Of a stretch of DNA of 64,000 nucleotides, positions 40,501 through 54,200 are shown piece after piece. Origin of the DNA: the human T2T-CHM13v2.0 reference genome, Homo sapiens. The notes under the pieces are model-generated. The model was not told where the DNA came from and did not search any database. It was given only the letters and a program-made list of their open reading frames with translations. The position numbers and the translations under genes are program-made. Each line of letters opens with the position of its first letter. The first letter of the stretch is position 1. The DNA lies in assembly GCF_009914755.1 (NCBI RefSeq), contig NC_060948.1, one strand, 5' to 3'.

Positions 40501-43500
40501 GAATGTCATAGAATGTAATGGAATGCAAAAAAATGGAATCCAAAATCATTGACTGGAAAGGCTGGGTGTCGAAAGGAATTGACTCCAATGGAATGGAATC
40601 GAATGGAATGGAAGTGAATAGAATCGAACTAAATCGAATGGAATGGAATTGATAGGAACGGAATGGAAAGGAATGCAATGATTTGGCATGGAATGGAATC
40701 GAATGGCATCGAATGGAATGGAATGGAATGCAATGGAATGGAATGTATTAGAATGTAATGAACTTTAATGGAATGTACTCGAATGGATTCGACTGGAATG
40801 GAATGTTGTGGAAGTGAATGGACTCCAATGGAATGGATTCAAAAGGAATGGAATCGTACGGAATGGAATCTAATGGAATGGAATTAAATGGAAATGAATC
40901 AAATTGAATAGCACGGAATTGAATTGAATGGAATGGAATGCAATGGAATCTAATGAAACGGAAAGGAAAGGAATGGAATGGAATGGAATGGGCTGGAATG
41001 GAAAGGAATCGAAACGAATGGAATGGAATCGAACTGAAGAGACTGGAATGGAATGCACTGGAATGGAAGGGAGTGTAATGGAAGGTTCTCGAAAAAAATG
41101 GAATCGAATGGAATGGAATTGAATGGAACGGAATAGAGTCGAATGGAATTGAATGGAATGGAATGGACTAGAGTGAAATGGAATCGAACCACAAGGAATG
41201 GACAGGAATAGAATGGTCTCGAATTGAATGGAATCGTATGGAATGGCATCAAACGGAATGGAATGGACAGCCACGGAATGGAATGCACTCGAATGCAATG
41301 GAGTCGAAACTAATGGACTGGAATAGAATGGACTCGACTGGTACGGACTCCAATGGAATGGAATCGAATGGAAGGGAATCGAACGGAATGGACTCGAAGG
41401 GAAAAGACTGCAATGGAAAGGTCTCGAATGGAATGGAAATTAATGGAATGGAATGGAATCGACTGAAATGGAGTCAAAAGGAATGGAATCGAATGGCAAG
41501 AAATCGAATGTAATGGAATCGCAAGGAATTGATGTGAACGGAACGGAATGGAATGGAATCCAAAGGAATGGAACAGAATGGAATGGAATCGAATGGAAAG
41601 GACTCGAATGGAAATCACTCGAATAGAATGCAATTTAATAAAATAGGATCAAATGTAATGGAATGGAATGGAAAGGAATCGAAACGAAAGGAATGGAGAC
41701 AGATGGAATGGAATGGAACAGAGAGCAATGGTATAGAATGGAATGGAATCATCTGGAATGGAATTGAATGGAATGGAATAATATGAAATGGAATGGAATG
41801 GAATGGAATGGAATGCCCTTGAATTAAATGGACTGGAATGGAATGGACTCGAACAGAGTGGAATGGAAAGTGTTGAGATAGAATGGAATGGACTCCTTTG
41901 GAATGGTGTAGTATGCAATGCAATCGACTGGCAGGGAATCAAAAGGAATGTAATGGAATGGATTGGACTGGAATGCAATGGACTCGAATAGATTGGAAAC
42001 GGAATGCAAAGGAATGGAATGGAATAGTATGGAATGGAATGGAAAGGAATGGAGTGGAATAGACTAGAGTGGAATGGAATGGACTGGAAAGCAATGGACT
42101 GGAATGGAACTTTATTGAATGGACTGGAATCAAACGGAATGGAATGCAATGCAATCAAATGGCATGGAATAAAATAGAATGAAAGAGAATCAAATGGAAT
42201 TGAATCGAATGGAATCGAATGGATTGGAAAGGAATAGAATGGAATGGAATGGAATGGACTCAAATGGAATGGACTAGAATGGAATGGATTCGAATGGAAG
42301 GCAAAGGAATGGAATCTATTGGAATGGACTGTAATGGAATGCAATGGAAGGGATTGGAATGGACTCGAGTGGAATGGACTGCAATAGAAAGGATTCGAAT
42401 GGAATGAAAAAGAATTGAATGGAATAGAACAGAATGGAATCAAATCGAATGAAATGGAATGGAATAGAAAGGAATGGAATGAAATGGAATGGAAAGGATT
42501 CGAATGGAATGCAATCGAATGGAATGGAATCGAACGGAATGGAATAAAATGGAAGAAAACTGGCAAGAAATGGAACCGAAATGAATGGAGTGTTATGGAA
42601 CGGACTCAAAAGGAATTGAATGTAATAGAATGGAGTGGAGTGGACTCGAATATAATGGACTGGAATGGAATGAAATCACATGGAATGGGAACGAATGGAA
42701 TGGAATGGAAAGGAATGGAATCGAATGGAAAGGAATCGAATGGAAGGGAATGAAATTGAATCAACAGGAATGGAAGGGAATAGAATAGACGGTAATGGAA
42801 TGGACTCGAATAGAATGGACACGAATGCTCAAATTGAATGGACTCGAATGGAATGGAAACGAAAGGAATGTCATCGAATGGAATTGAATCGATTGGAATG
42901 AAATCGCATAGAATGGAGTGGAATCAAATGGAATTGAATCGAAAGGAAAGGAAGCAAATGGACTGAAATGAAATGGAATGGAATTGAATGGAAAGTAATG
43001 CAATGGAATAGAATGGAACGAAATTTCACGGAATGGAATCAAACTGAATGGAATCAAATCAATGGAATCTAATCAAAGGAATGGAAAGGAATTGAATGGA
43101 GTAGATTGGATTGGATGGGATTGGAATGAAATGTACTGGAAAGGACTCGAATTTCATGAAACGGAATGGAATGAATTGGAACGGAATGGACTCGAATGGA
43201 ATGGAATGTCATGGAATGGCATCAAATGGAATGGCATCAAATGGAATGGAATCGAATGCAATGGAATGCTATGGAATGGAATGGAATGCATTGGAATGGA
43301 ATGTCCTCTAATGGAATGGATTCGAGTGGAATGGAATCGAATATAATGGAGTCGAATGAAATGGAATTGAAAGGAATGGGATCGAATTCAATGGAATATA
43401 CTGCAATGTAATGTAATGAACTCGAATGTAATTGACTGGAATGGAATGTACATGAATGGAATGTAATCGAATGGAAAGTAATCCAATCGAATAGAATCTA

Positions 43501-45260
43501 ATGCAATAAAATTGACTCAGATAGAGTAGAATGTAATGGAATGGAGTGCAGTGCAATGGAATGGAATGGAATGGAATGCAATGGAATGGAATGGAATGGA
43601 ATGGAATGGAATGGAATGGAATGGGATGGAATGGTATGGAATGGATAGTAATGGACTGGAGTGAAATGGACTGGAAAGGAATGGACTCAAATTGAAAGGG
43701 CTCGAAAGGAATGCAGTCAAATGCAATGGTCTGGAATGGAATGAACACGAATGTATTGCAATCCAATAGAATGGAATCGAATGGCATGGAATATAAAGAA
43801 ATGGAATCGAAGAGAATGGAAACAAATGGAATGGAATTGAATGGAATGGAATTCAATAGAATGGGAACGAATGGAATGAAATTGTATGCAGTAGAAGGGA
43901 ATAGAATGGAATGCAAGCGAAAGGAAAGGAATGGATTGGAATGGAATGGAATTCATTGGAATGCAAGGGAATGTAGTGTAATGGACAGGCCTGGAATAAA
44001 GTGGAATGCTACGGTCTCGAATGGAATAAAAATGTATGGAATGGAATGCAATGAAACGGAATCGAATGTCATAGAATGTAATGGAATGCAAAAAAATGGA
44101 ATCCAAAATCATTGACTGGAAAGGCTGGGTGTCGAAAGGAATTGACTCCAATGGAATGGAATCAAATGGAATGGAAGTGAATAGAATCGAACTAAATCGA
44201 ATGGAATGGAATTGATAGGAACGGAATGGAAAGGAATGCAATGATTTGGCATGGAATGGAATCGAATGGCATCGAATGGAATGGAATGGAATGCAATGGA
44301 ATGGAATGTATTAGAATGTAATGAACTTTAATGGAATGTACTCGAATGGATTCGACTGGAATGGAATGTTCTGGAAGTGAATGGACTCCAATGGAATGGA
44401 TTCAAAAGGAATGGAATCGTACGGAATGGAATCTAATGGAATGGAATTAAATGGAAATGAATCAAATTGAATAGCACGGAATTGAATTGAATGGAATGGA
44501 ATGCAATGGAATCTAATGAAACGGAAAGGAAAGGAATGGAATGGAATGGAATGGGCTGGAATGGAAAGGAATCGAAACGAATGGAATGGAATCGAACTGA
44601 AGAGACTGGAATGGAATGCACTGGAATGGAAGGGAGTGTAATGGAAGGTTCTCGAAAAAAATGGAATCGAATGGAATGGAATTGAATGGAACGGAATAGA
44701 GTCGAATGGAATTGAATGGAATGGAATGGACTAGAGTGAAATGGAATCGAACCACAAGGAATGGACAGGAATAGAATGGTCTCGAATTGAATGGAATCGT
44801 ATGGAATGGCATCAAACGGAATGGAATGGACAGCCACGGAATGGAATGCACTCGAATGCAATGGAGTCGAAACTAATGGACTGGAATAGAATGGACTCGA
44901 CTGGTACGGACTCCAATGGAATGGAATCGAATGGAAGGGAATCGAACGGAATGGACTCGAAGGGAAAAGACTGCAATGGAAAGGTCTCGAATGGAATGGA
45001 AATTAATGGAATGGAATGGAATCGAATGAAAAGGAGTCAAAAGGAATGGAATCGAATGGCAAGAAATCGAATGTAATGGAATCGCAAGGAATTGATGTGA
45101 ACGGAACGGAATGGAATGGAATCCAAAGGAATGGAATAGAATGGAATGGAATCGAATGGAAAGGACTCGAATGGAAATCACTCGAATAGAATGCAATTTA
45201 ATAAAATAGGATCAAATGTAATGGAATGGAATGGAAAGGAATCGAAACGAAAGGAATGGA
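34600..45260 (+). repeat. Three-unit higher-order block, copy 1 (boundaries approximate, +/-200 bp)
   Basis: Private variants recur exactly 10661 bp downstream; unit lengths are 3529, 3569, 3563. Confidence 0.85.
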
Positions 45261-48200
45261 GACAGATGGAATGGAATGGAACAGAGAGCAATGGTATAGA
45301 ATGGAATGGAATCATCTGGAATGGAATTGAATGGAATGGAATAATATGAAATGGAATGGAATGGAATGGAATGGAATGCCCTTGAATTAAATGGACTGGA
45401 ATGGAATGGACTCGAACAGAGTGGAATGGAAAGTGTTGAGATAGAATGGAATGGACTCGTTTGGAATGGTCTAGTATGCAATGCAATCGACTGGCAGGGA
45501 ATCAAAAGGAATGTAATCGAATGGATTGGACTGGAATGCAATGGACTCGAATAGATTGCAAACGGAATGCAAAGGAATGGAATGGAATAGTATGGAATGG
45601 AATGGAAAGGAATGGAGTGGAATAGACTAGAGTGGAATGGAATGGACTGGAAAGCAATGGACTGGAATGGAACTTTCTTGAATGGACTGGAATCAAACGG
45701 AATGGAATGCAATGCAATCAAATGGCATGGAATAAAATAGAATGAAAGAGAATCAAATGGAATTGAATCGAATGGAATCGAATGGATTGGAAAGGAATAG
45801 AATGGAATGGAATGGAATGGACTAGAATGGAATGGATTCGAATGGAAGGCAAAGGAATGGAATCTATTGGAATGGACTGTAATGGAATGGAATGGAAGGG
45901 ATTGGAATGGACTCGAATGGAATGGACTGCAATAGAAAGGATTCGAATGGAATGAAAAAGAATTGAATGGAATAGAACAGAATGGAATCAAATCGAATGA
46001 AATGGAATGGAATAGAAAGGAATGGAATGAAATGGAATGGAAAGGATTCGAATGGAATGCAATCGAATGGAATGGAATCGAACGGAATGGAATAAAATGG
46101 AAGAAAACTGGCAAGAAATGGAATCGAAATGAATGGAGTGTTATGGAACGGACTCAAAAGGAATTGAATGTAATAGAATGGAGTGGAGTGGACTCGAATA
46201 TAATGGACTGGAATGGAATGAAATCACATGGAATGGGAACGAATAGAATGGAATGGAAAGGAATGGAATCGAATGGAAAGGAATCGAATGGAAGGGAATG
46301 AAATTGAATCAACAGGAATGGAAGGGAATAGAATAGACGGTAATGGAATGGACTCGAATAGAATGGACACGAATGCTCAAATTGAATGGACTCGAATGGA
46401 ATGGAAACGAAAGGAATGTCATCGAATGGAATTGAATCGATTGGAATGAAATCGCATAGAATGGAGTGGAATCAAATGGAATTGAATCGAAAGGAAAGGA
46501 AGCGAATGGACTGAAATGAAATGGAATGGAATTGAATGGAAAGTAATGCAATGGAATAGAATGGAACGAAATTTCACGGAATGGAATCAAACTGAATGGA
46601 ATCAAATCAATGGAATCCAATCAAATGGAATGGAGTAGATTGGATTGGATGGGATTGGAATGAAATGTACTGGAAAGGACTCGAATTTCATGAAACGGAA
46701 TGGAATGAATTGGAACGGAATGGACTCGAATGGAATGGAATGTCATAGAATGGCATCAAATGGAATGGCATCAAATGGAATGGAATCGAATGCAATGGAA
46801 TGCTATGGAATGGAATGGAATGCATTGGAATGGAATGTCCTCTAATGGAATGGATTCGAGTGGAATGGAATCGAATATAATGGAGTCGAATGAAATGGAA
46901 TTGAAAGGAATGGGATCGAATACAATGGAATATACTGGAATGTAATGTAATGAACTCGAATGTAATTGACTGGAATGGAATGTACATGAATGGAATGTAA
47001 TCGAATGGAAAGTAATCCAATGGAATAGAATCTAATGCAATAAAATCGACACAGATAGAGTAGAATGTAATGGAATGGAGTGCAGTGCAATGGAATGGAA
47101 TCGAATGGAATGCAATGGAATGGAATGGAATGGAATGGAATGGAATGGAATGGGATGGAATGGTATGGAATGGATGGTAATGGACTGGAGTGAAATGGAC
47201 TGCAAAGGAATGGACTCAAATTGAAAGGGCTGGAAAGGAATGGAGTCAAATGGAATGGTCTGGAATGGAATGAACACGAAAGTAATGCAATCCAATAGAA
47301 TGGAATCGAATGGCATGGAATATAATGAAATGGAATCGAAGAGAATGGAAACAAATGGAATGGAATTGAATGGAATGGAATTGAATGGAATGGGAACGAA
47401 TGGAGTGAAATTGTATGCAGTAGAAGGGAATAGAATGGAATGCAAGCGAAAGGAAAGGAATGGATTGGAATGGAATGGAATTCATTGGAATGGAAGGGAA
47501 TGTAGTGTAATGGACAGGCCTGGAATAAAGTGGAATGCTACGGTCTCGAATGGAATAAAAATGTATGGAATGGAATGCAATGAAACGGAATCGAATGTCA
47601 TAGAATGTAATGGAATGCAAAAAAATGGAATCCAAAATCATTGACTGGAAAGGCTGGGTGTCGAAAGGAATTGACTCCAATGGAATGGAATCGAATGGAA
47701 TGGAAGTGAATAGAATCGAACTAAATCGAATGGAATGGAATTGATAGGAACGGAATGGAAAGGAATGCAATGATTTGGCACGGAATGGAATCGAATGGCA
47801 TCGAACGGAATGGAATGGAATGCAATTGAATGGAACGTATTAGAATGTAATGAGCTTTAATGGAATGTACTCGAATGGATTCGACTGGAATGGAATGTTC
47901 TGGAAGTGAATGGACTCCAATGGAATGGATTCAAAAGGAATGGAATCGTACGGAATGGAATCTAATGGAATGGAATTAAATGGAAATGAATCAAATTGAA
48001 TAGCATGGAATTGAATTGAATGGAATCGAATGCAATGGAATCTAATGAAACGGAAAGGAAAGTAATGGAATGGAATGGAATGGGCTGGAATGGAAAGGAA
48101 TCGAAACGAATGGAATGGAATCGAACTGACGAGACTGGAATGGAATACACTGGAATGGAAGGGAGTGTAATGGAAGGTCCTCGAAAAAAATGGAATCGAA

Positions 48201-51200
48201 TGGAATGGAATTGAATGGAACGGAATAGAGTCGAATGGAATTGAATGGAATGGAATGGACTAGAGTGAAATGGAATCGAACCACAAGGAATGGACAGGAA
48301 TAGAATGGTCTCGAATTGAATGGAATCGTATGGAATGGCATCAAACGGAATGGAATGGACAGCCACGGAATGGAATGCACTCGAATGCAATGGAGTCGAA
48401 ACTAATGGACTGGAATAGAATGGATTCGACTCGTACGGACTCCAATGGAATGGAATCGAATGGAAGGGAATCGAACGGAATGGACTCGAAGGGAAAAGAC
48501 TGCAATGGAAAGGTCTCGAATGGAATGGAAATTAATGGAATGGAATGGAATCGAATGAAATGGAGTCAAAAGGAATGGAATCGAATGGCAAGAAATCGAA
48601 TGTAATGGAATCGCCAGGAATTGATGTGAACGGAACTGAATGGAATGGAATCCAAAGGAATGGAATAGAATGGAATGGAATCGAATGGAAAGGACTCGAA
48701 TGGAAATCACTCGAATAGAATGCAATTTAATAAAATAGGATCAAATGTAATGGAATGGAATGGAAAGGAATCGAAACGAAAGGAATGGAGACAGATGGAA
48801 TGGAATGGAACAGAGAGCAATGGTATAGAATGGAATGGAATCATCTGGAATGGAATTGAATGGAATGGAATAATATGAAATGGAATGGAATGGAATGGAA
48901 TGGAATGCCCTTGAATTAAATGGACTGGAATGGAATGGACTCGAACAGAGTGGAATGGAAAGTGTTGAGATAGAATGGAATGGACTCGTTTGGAATGGTC
49001 TAGTATGCAATGCAATCGACTGGCAGGGAATCAAAAGGAATGTAATGGAATGGATTGGACTGGAATGCAATGGACTCGAATAGATTGGAAACGGAATGCA
49101 AAGGAATGGAATGGAATAGTATGGAATGGAATGGAAAGGAATGGAGTGGAATAGACTAGAGTGGAATGGAATGGACTGGAAAGCAATAGACTGGAATGGA
49201 ACTTTCTTGAATGGACTGGAATCAAACGGAATGGAATGCAATGCAATCAAATGGCATGGAATAAAATAGAATGAAAGAGAATGAAATGGAATTGAATCGA
49301 ATGGAATCGAATGGATTGGAAAGGAATAGAATGGAATGGAATGGAATTGACTCAAATGGAATGGACTAGAATGGAATGGATTCGAATGGAAGGCAAAGGA
49401 ATGGAATCTATTGGAATGGACTGTAATGGAATGGAATGGAAGGGATTGGAATGGACTCGAATGGAATGGACTGCAATAGAAAGGATTCGAATGGAATGAA
49501 AAAGAATTGAATGGAATAGAACAGAATGGAATCAAATCGAATGAAATGGAATGGAATAGAAAGGAATGGAATGAAATGGAATGGAAAGGATTCGAATGGA
49601 ATGCAATCGAATGGAATGGAATCGAACGGAATGGAATAAAATGGAAGAAAACTGGCAAGAAATGGAATCGAAATGAATGGAGTGTTATGGAACGGACTCA
49701 AAAGGAATTGAACGTAATAGAATGGAGTGGAGTGGACTCGAATATAATGGACTGGAATGGAATGAAATCACATGGAATGGGAACGAATGGAATGGAATGG
49801 AAAGGAATGGAATCGAATGGAAAGGAATCGAATGGAAGGGAATGAAATTGAATCAACAGGAATGGAAGGGAATAGAATAGACGGTAATGGAATGGACTCG
49901 AATTGAATGGACACGAATGCTCAAATTGAATGGACTCGAATGGAATGGAAACGAAAGGAATGTCATCGAATGGAATTGAATCGATTGGAATGAAATCGCA
50001 TAGAATGGAGTGGAATCAAATGGAATTGAATCGAAAGGAAAGGAAGCGAATGGACTGAAATGAAATGGAATGGAATTGAATGGAAAGTAATGCAATGGAA
50101 TAGAATGGAACGAAATTTCACGGAATGGAATCAAACTGAATGGAATCAAATCAATGGAATCTAATCAAATGGAATGGAAAGGAATTGAATGGAGTAGATT
50201 GGATTGGATGGGATTGGAATGAAATGTACTGGAAAGGACTCGAATTTCATGAAACGGAATGGAATGAATTGGAACGGAATGGACTCGAATGGAATGGAAT
50301 GTCATGGAATGGCATCAAATGGAATGGCATCAAATGGAATGGAATCGAATGCAATGGAATGCTATGGAATGGAATGGAATGCATTGGAATGGAATGTCCT
50401 CTAATGGAATGGATTCGAGTGGAATGGAATCGAATATAATGGAGTCGAATGAAATGGAATTGAAAAGAATGGGATCGAATACAATGGAATATACTGGAAT
50501 GTAATGTAATGAACTCGAATGTAATTGACTGGAATGGAATGTACATGAATGGAATGTAATCGAATGGAAAGTAATCCAATGGAATAGAATCTAATGCAAT
50601 AAAATCGACTCAGATAGAGTAGAATGTAATGGAATGGAGTGCAGTGCCATGGAATGGAATGGAATGGAATGCAATGGAATGGAATGGAATGCAATGGAAT
50701 GGAATGGAATGGAATGGAATGGGATGGAATGGTGTGGAATGGATAGTAATGGACTGGAGTGAAATGGACTGGAAAGGAATGGACTCAAATTGAAAGGGCT
50801 CGAAAGGAATGGAGTCAAATGGAATGGTCTGGAATGGAATGAACACGAATGTAATGCAATCCAATAGAATGGAATCGAATGGCATGGAATATAAAGAAAT
50901 GGAATCGAAGAGAATGGAAAAAAATGGAATGGAATTGAATGGAATGGAATTGAATGGAATGGGAACGAATGGAGTGAAATTTTATGCAGTAGAAAGGAAT
51001 AGAATGGAATGCAAGCGAAAGGAAAGGAATGGATTGGAATGGAATGGAATTCATTGGAATGGAAGGGAATGTAGTGTAATGGACAGGCCTGGAATAAAGT
51101 GGAATGCTACGGTCTCGAATGGAATAAAAATGTATGGAATGGAATGCAATGAAACGGAATCGAATGTCATAGAATGTAATGGAATGCAACAAAATGGAAT

Positions 51201-54200
51201 CCAAAATCATTGACTGGAAAGGCTGGGTGTCGAAAGGAATTGACTCCAATGGAATGGAATCGAATGGAATGGAAGTGAATAGAATCGAACTAAATCGAAT
51301 GGAATGGAATTGATAGGAACGGAATGGAAAGGAATGCAATGATTTGGCATGGAATGGAATCGAATGGCATCGAATGGAATGGAATGGAATGCAATGGAAT
51401 GGAATGTATTAGAATGTAATGAACTTTAATGGAATGTACTCGAATGGATTCGACTGGAATGGAATGTTGTGGAAGTGAATGGACTCCAATGGAATGGATT
51501 CAAAAGGAATGGAATCGTACGGAATGGAATCTAATGGAATGGAATTAAATGGAAATGAATCAAATTGAATAGCACGGAATTGAATTGAATGGAATGGAAT
51601 GCAATGGAATCTAATGAAACGGAAAGGAAAGGAATGGAATGGAATGGAATGGGCTGGAATGGAAAGGAATCGAAACGAATGGAATGGAATCGAACTGAAG
51701 AGACTGGAATGGAATGCACTGGAATGGAAGGGAGTGTAATGGAAGGTTCTCGAAAAAAATGGAATCGAATGGAATGGAATTGAATGGAACGGAATAGAGT
51801 CGAATGGAATTGAATGGAATGGAATGGACTAGAGTGAAATGGAATCGAACCACAAGGAATGGACAGGAATAGAATGGTCTCGAATTGAATGGAATCGTAT
51901 GGAATGGCATCAAACGGAATGGAATGGACAGCCACGGAATGGAATGCACTCGAATGCAATGGAGTCGAAACTAATGGACTGGAATAGAATGGACTCGACT
52001 GGTACGGACTCCAATGGAATGGAATCGAATGGAAGGGAATCGAACGGAATGGACTCGAAGGGAAAAGACTGCAATGGAAAGGTCTCGAATGGAATGGAAA
52101 TTAATGGAATGGAATGGAATCGACTGAAATGGAGTCAAAAGGAATGGAATCGAATGGCAAGAAATCGAATGTAATGGAATCGCAAGGAATTGATGTGAAC
52201 GGAACGGAATGGAATGGAATCCAAAGGAATGGAACAGAATGGAATGGAATCGAATGGAAAGGACTCGAATGGAAATCACTCGAATAGAATGCAATTTAAT
52301 AAAATAGGATCAAATGTAATGGAATGGAATGGAAAGGAATCGAAACGAAAGGAATGGAGACAGATGGAATGGAATGGAACAGAGAGCAATGGTATAGAAT
52401 GGAATGGAATCATCTGGAATGGAATTGAATGGAATGGAATAATATGAAATGGAATGGAATGGAATGGAATGGAATGCCCTTGAATTAAATGGACTGGAAT
52501 GGAATGGACTCGAACAGAGTGGAATGGAAAGTGTTGAGATAGAATGGAATGGACTCCTTTGGAATGGTGTAGTATGCAATGCAATCGACTGGCAGGGAAT
52601 CAAAAGGAATGTAATCGAATGGATTGGACTGGAATGCAATGGACTCGAATAGATTGGAAACGGAATGCAAAGGAATGGAATGGAATAGTATGGAATGGAA
52701 TGGAAAGGAATGGAGTGGAATAGACTAGAGTGGAATGGAATGGACTGGAAAGCAATGGACTGGAATGGAACTTTCTTGAATGGACTGGAATCAAACGGAA
52801 TGGAATGCAATGCAATCAAATGGCATGGAATAAAATAGAATGAAAGAGAATCAAATGGAATTGAATCGAATGGAATCGAATGGATTGGAAAGGAATAGAA
52901 TGGAATGGAATGGAATGGACTCAAATGGAATGGACTAGAATGGAATGGATTCGAATGGAAGGCAAAGGAATGGAATCTATTGGAATGGACTGTAATGGAA
53001 TGCAATGGAAGGGATTGGAATGGACTCGAGTGGAATGGACTGCAATAGAAAGGATTCGAATGGAATGAAAAAGAATTGAATGGAATAGAACAGAATGGAA
53101 TCAAATCGAATGAAATGGAATGGAATAGAAAGGAATGGAATGAAATGGAATGGAAAGGATTCGAATGGAATGCAATCGAATGGAATGGAATCGAACGGAA
53201 TGGAATAAAATGGAAGAAAACTGGCAAGAAATGGAATCGAAATGAATGGAGTGTTATGGAACGGACTCAAAAGGAATTGAATGTAATAGAATGGAGTGGA
53301 GTGGACTCGAATATAATGGACTGGAATGGAATGAAATCACATGGAATGGGAACGAATGGAATGGAATGGAAAGGAATGGAATCGAATGGAAAGGAATCGA
53401 ATGGAAGGGAATGAAATTGAATCAACAGGAATGGAAGGGAATAGAATAGACGGTAATGGAATGGACTCGAATAGAATGGACACGAATGCTCAAATTGAAT
53501 GGACTCGAATGGAATGGAAACGAAAGGAATGTCATCGAATGGAATTGAATCGATTGGAATGAAATCGCATAGAATGGAGTGGAATCAAATGGAATTGAAT
53601 CGAAAGGAAAGGAAGCAAATGGACTGAAATGAAATGGAATGGAATTGAATGGAAAGTAATGCAATGGAATAGAATGGAACGAAATTTCACGGAATGGAAT
53701 CAAACTGAATGGAATCAAATCAATGGAATCTAATCAAAGGAATGGAAAGGAATTGAATGGAGTAGATTGGATTGGATGGGATTGGAATGAAATGTACTGG
53801 AAAGGACTCGAATTTCATGAAACGGAATGGAATGAATTGGAACGGAATGGACTCGAATGGAATGGAATGTCATGGAATGGCATCAAATGGAATGGCATCA
53901 AATGGAATGGAATCGAATGCAATGGAATGCTATGGAATGGAATGGAATGCATTGGAATGGAATGTCCTCTAATGGAATGGATTCGAGTGGAATGGAATCG
54001 AATATAATGGAGTCGAATGAAATGGAATTGAAAGGAATGGGATCGAATTCAATGGAATATACTGCAATGTAATGTAATGAACTCGAATGTAATTGACTGG
54101 AATGGAATGTACATGAATGGAATGTAATCGAATGGAAAGTAATCCAATGGAATAGAATCTAATGCAATAAAATCGACTCAGATAGAGTAGAATGTAATGG

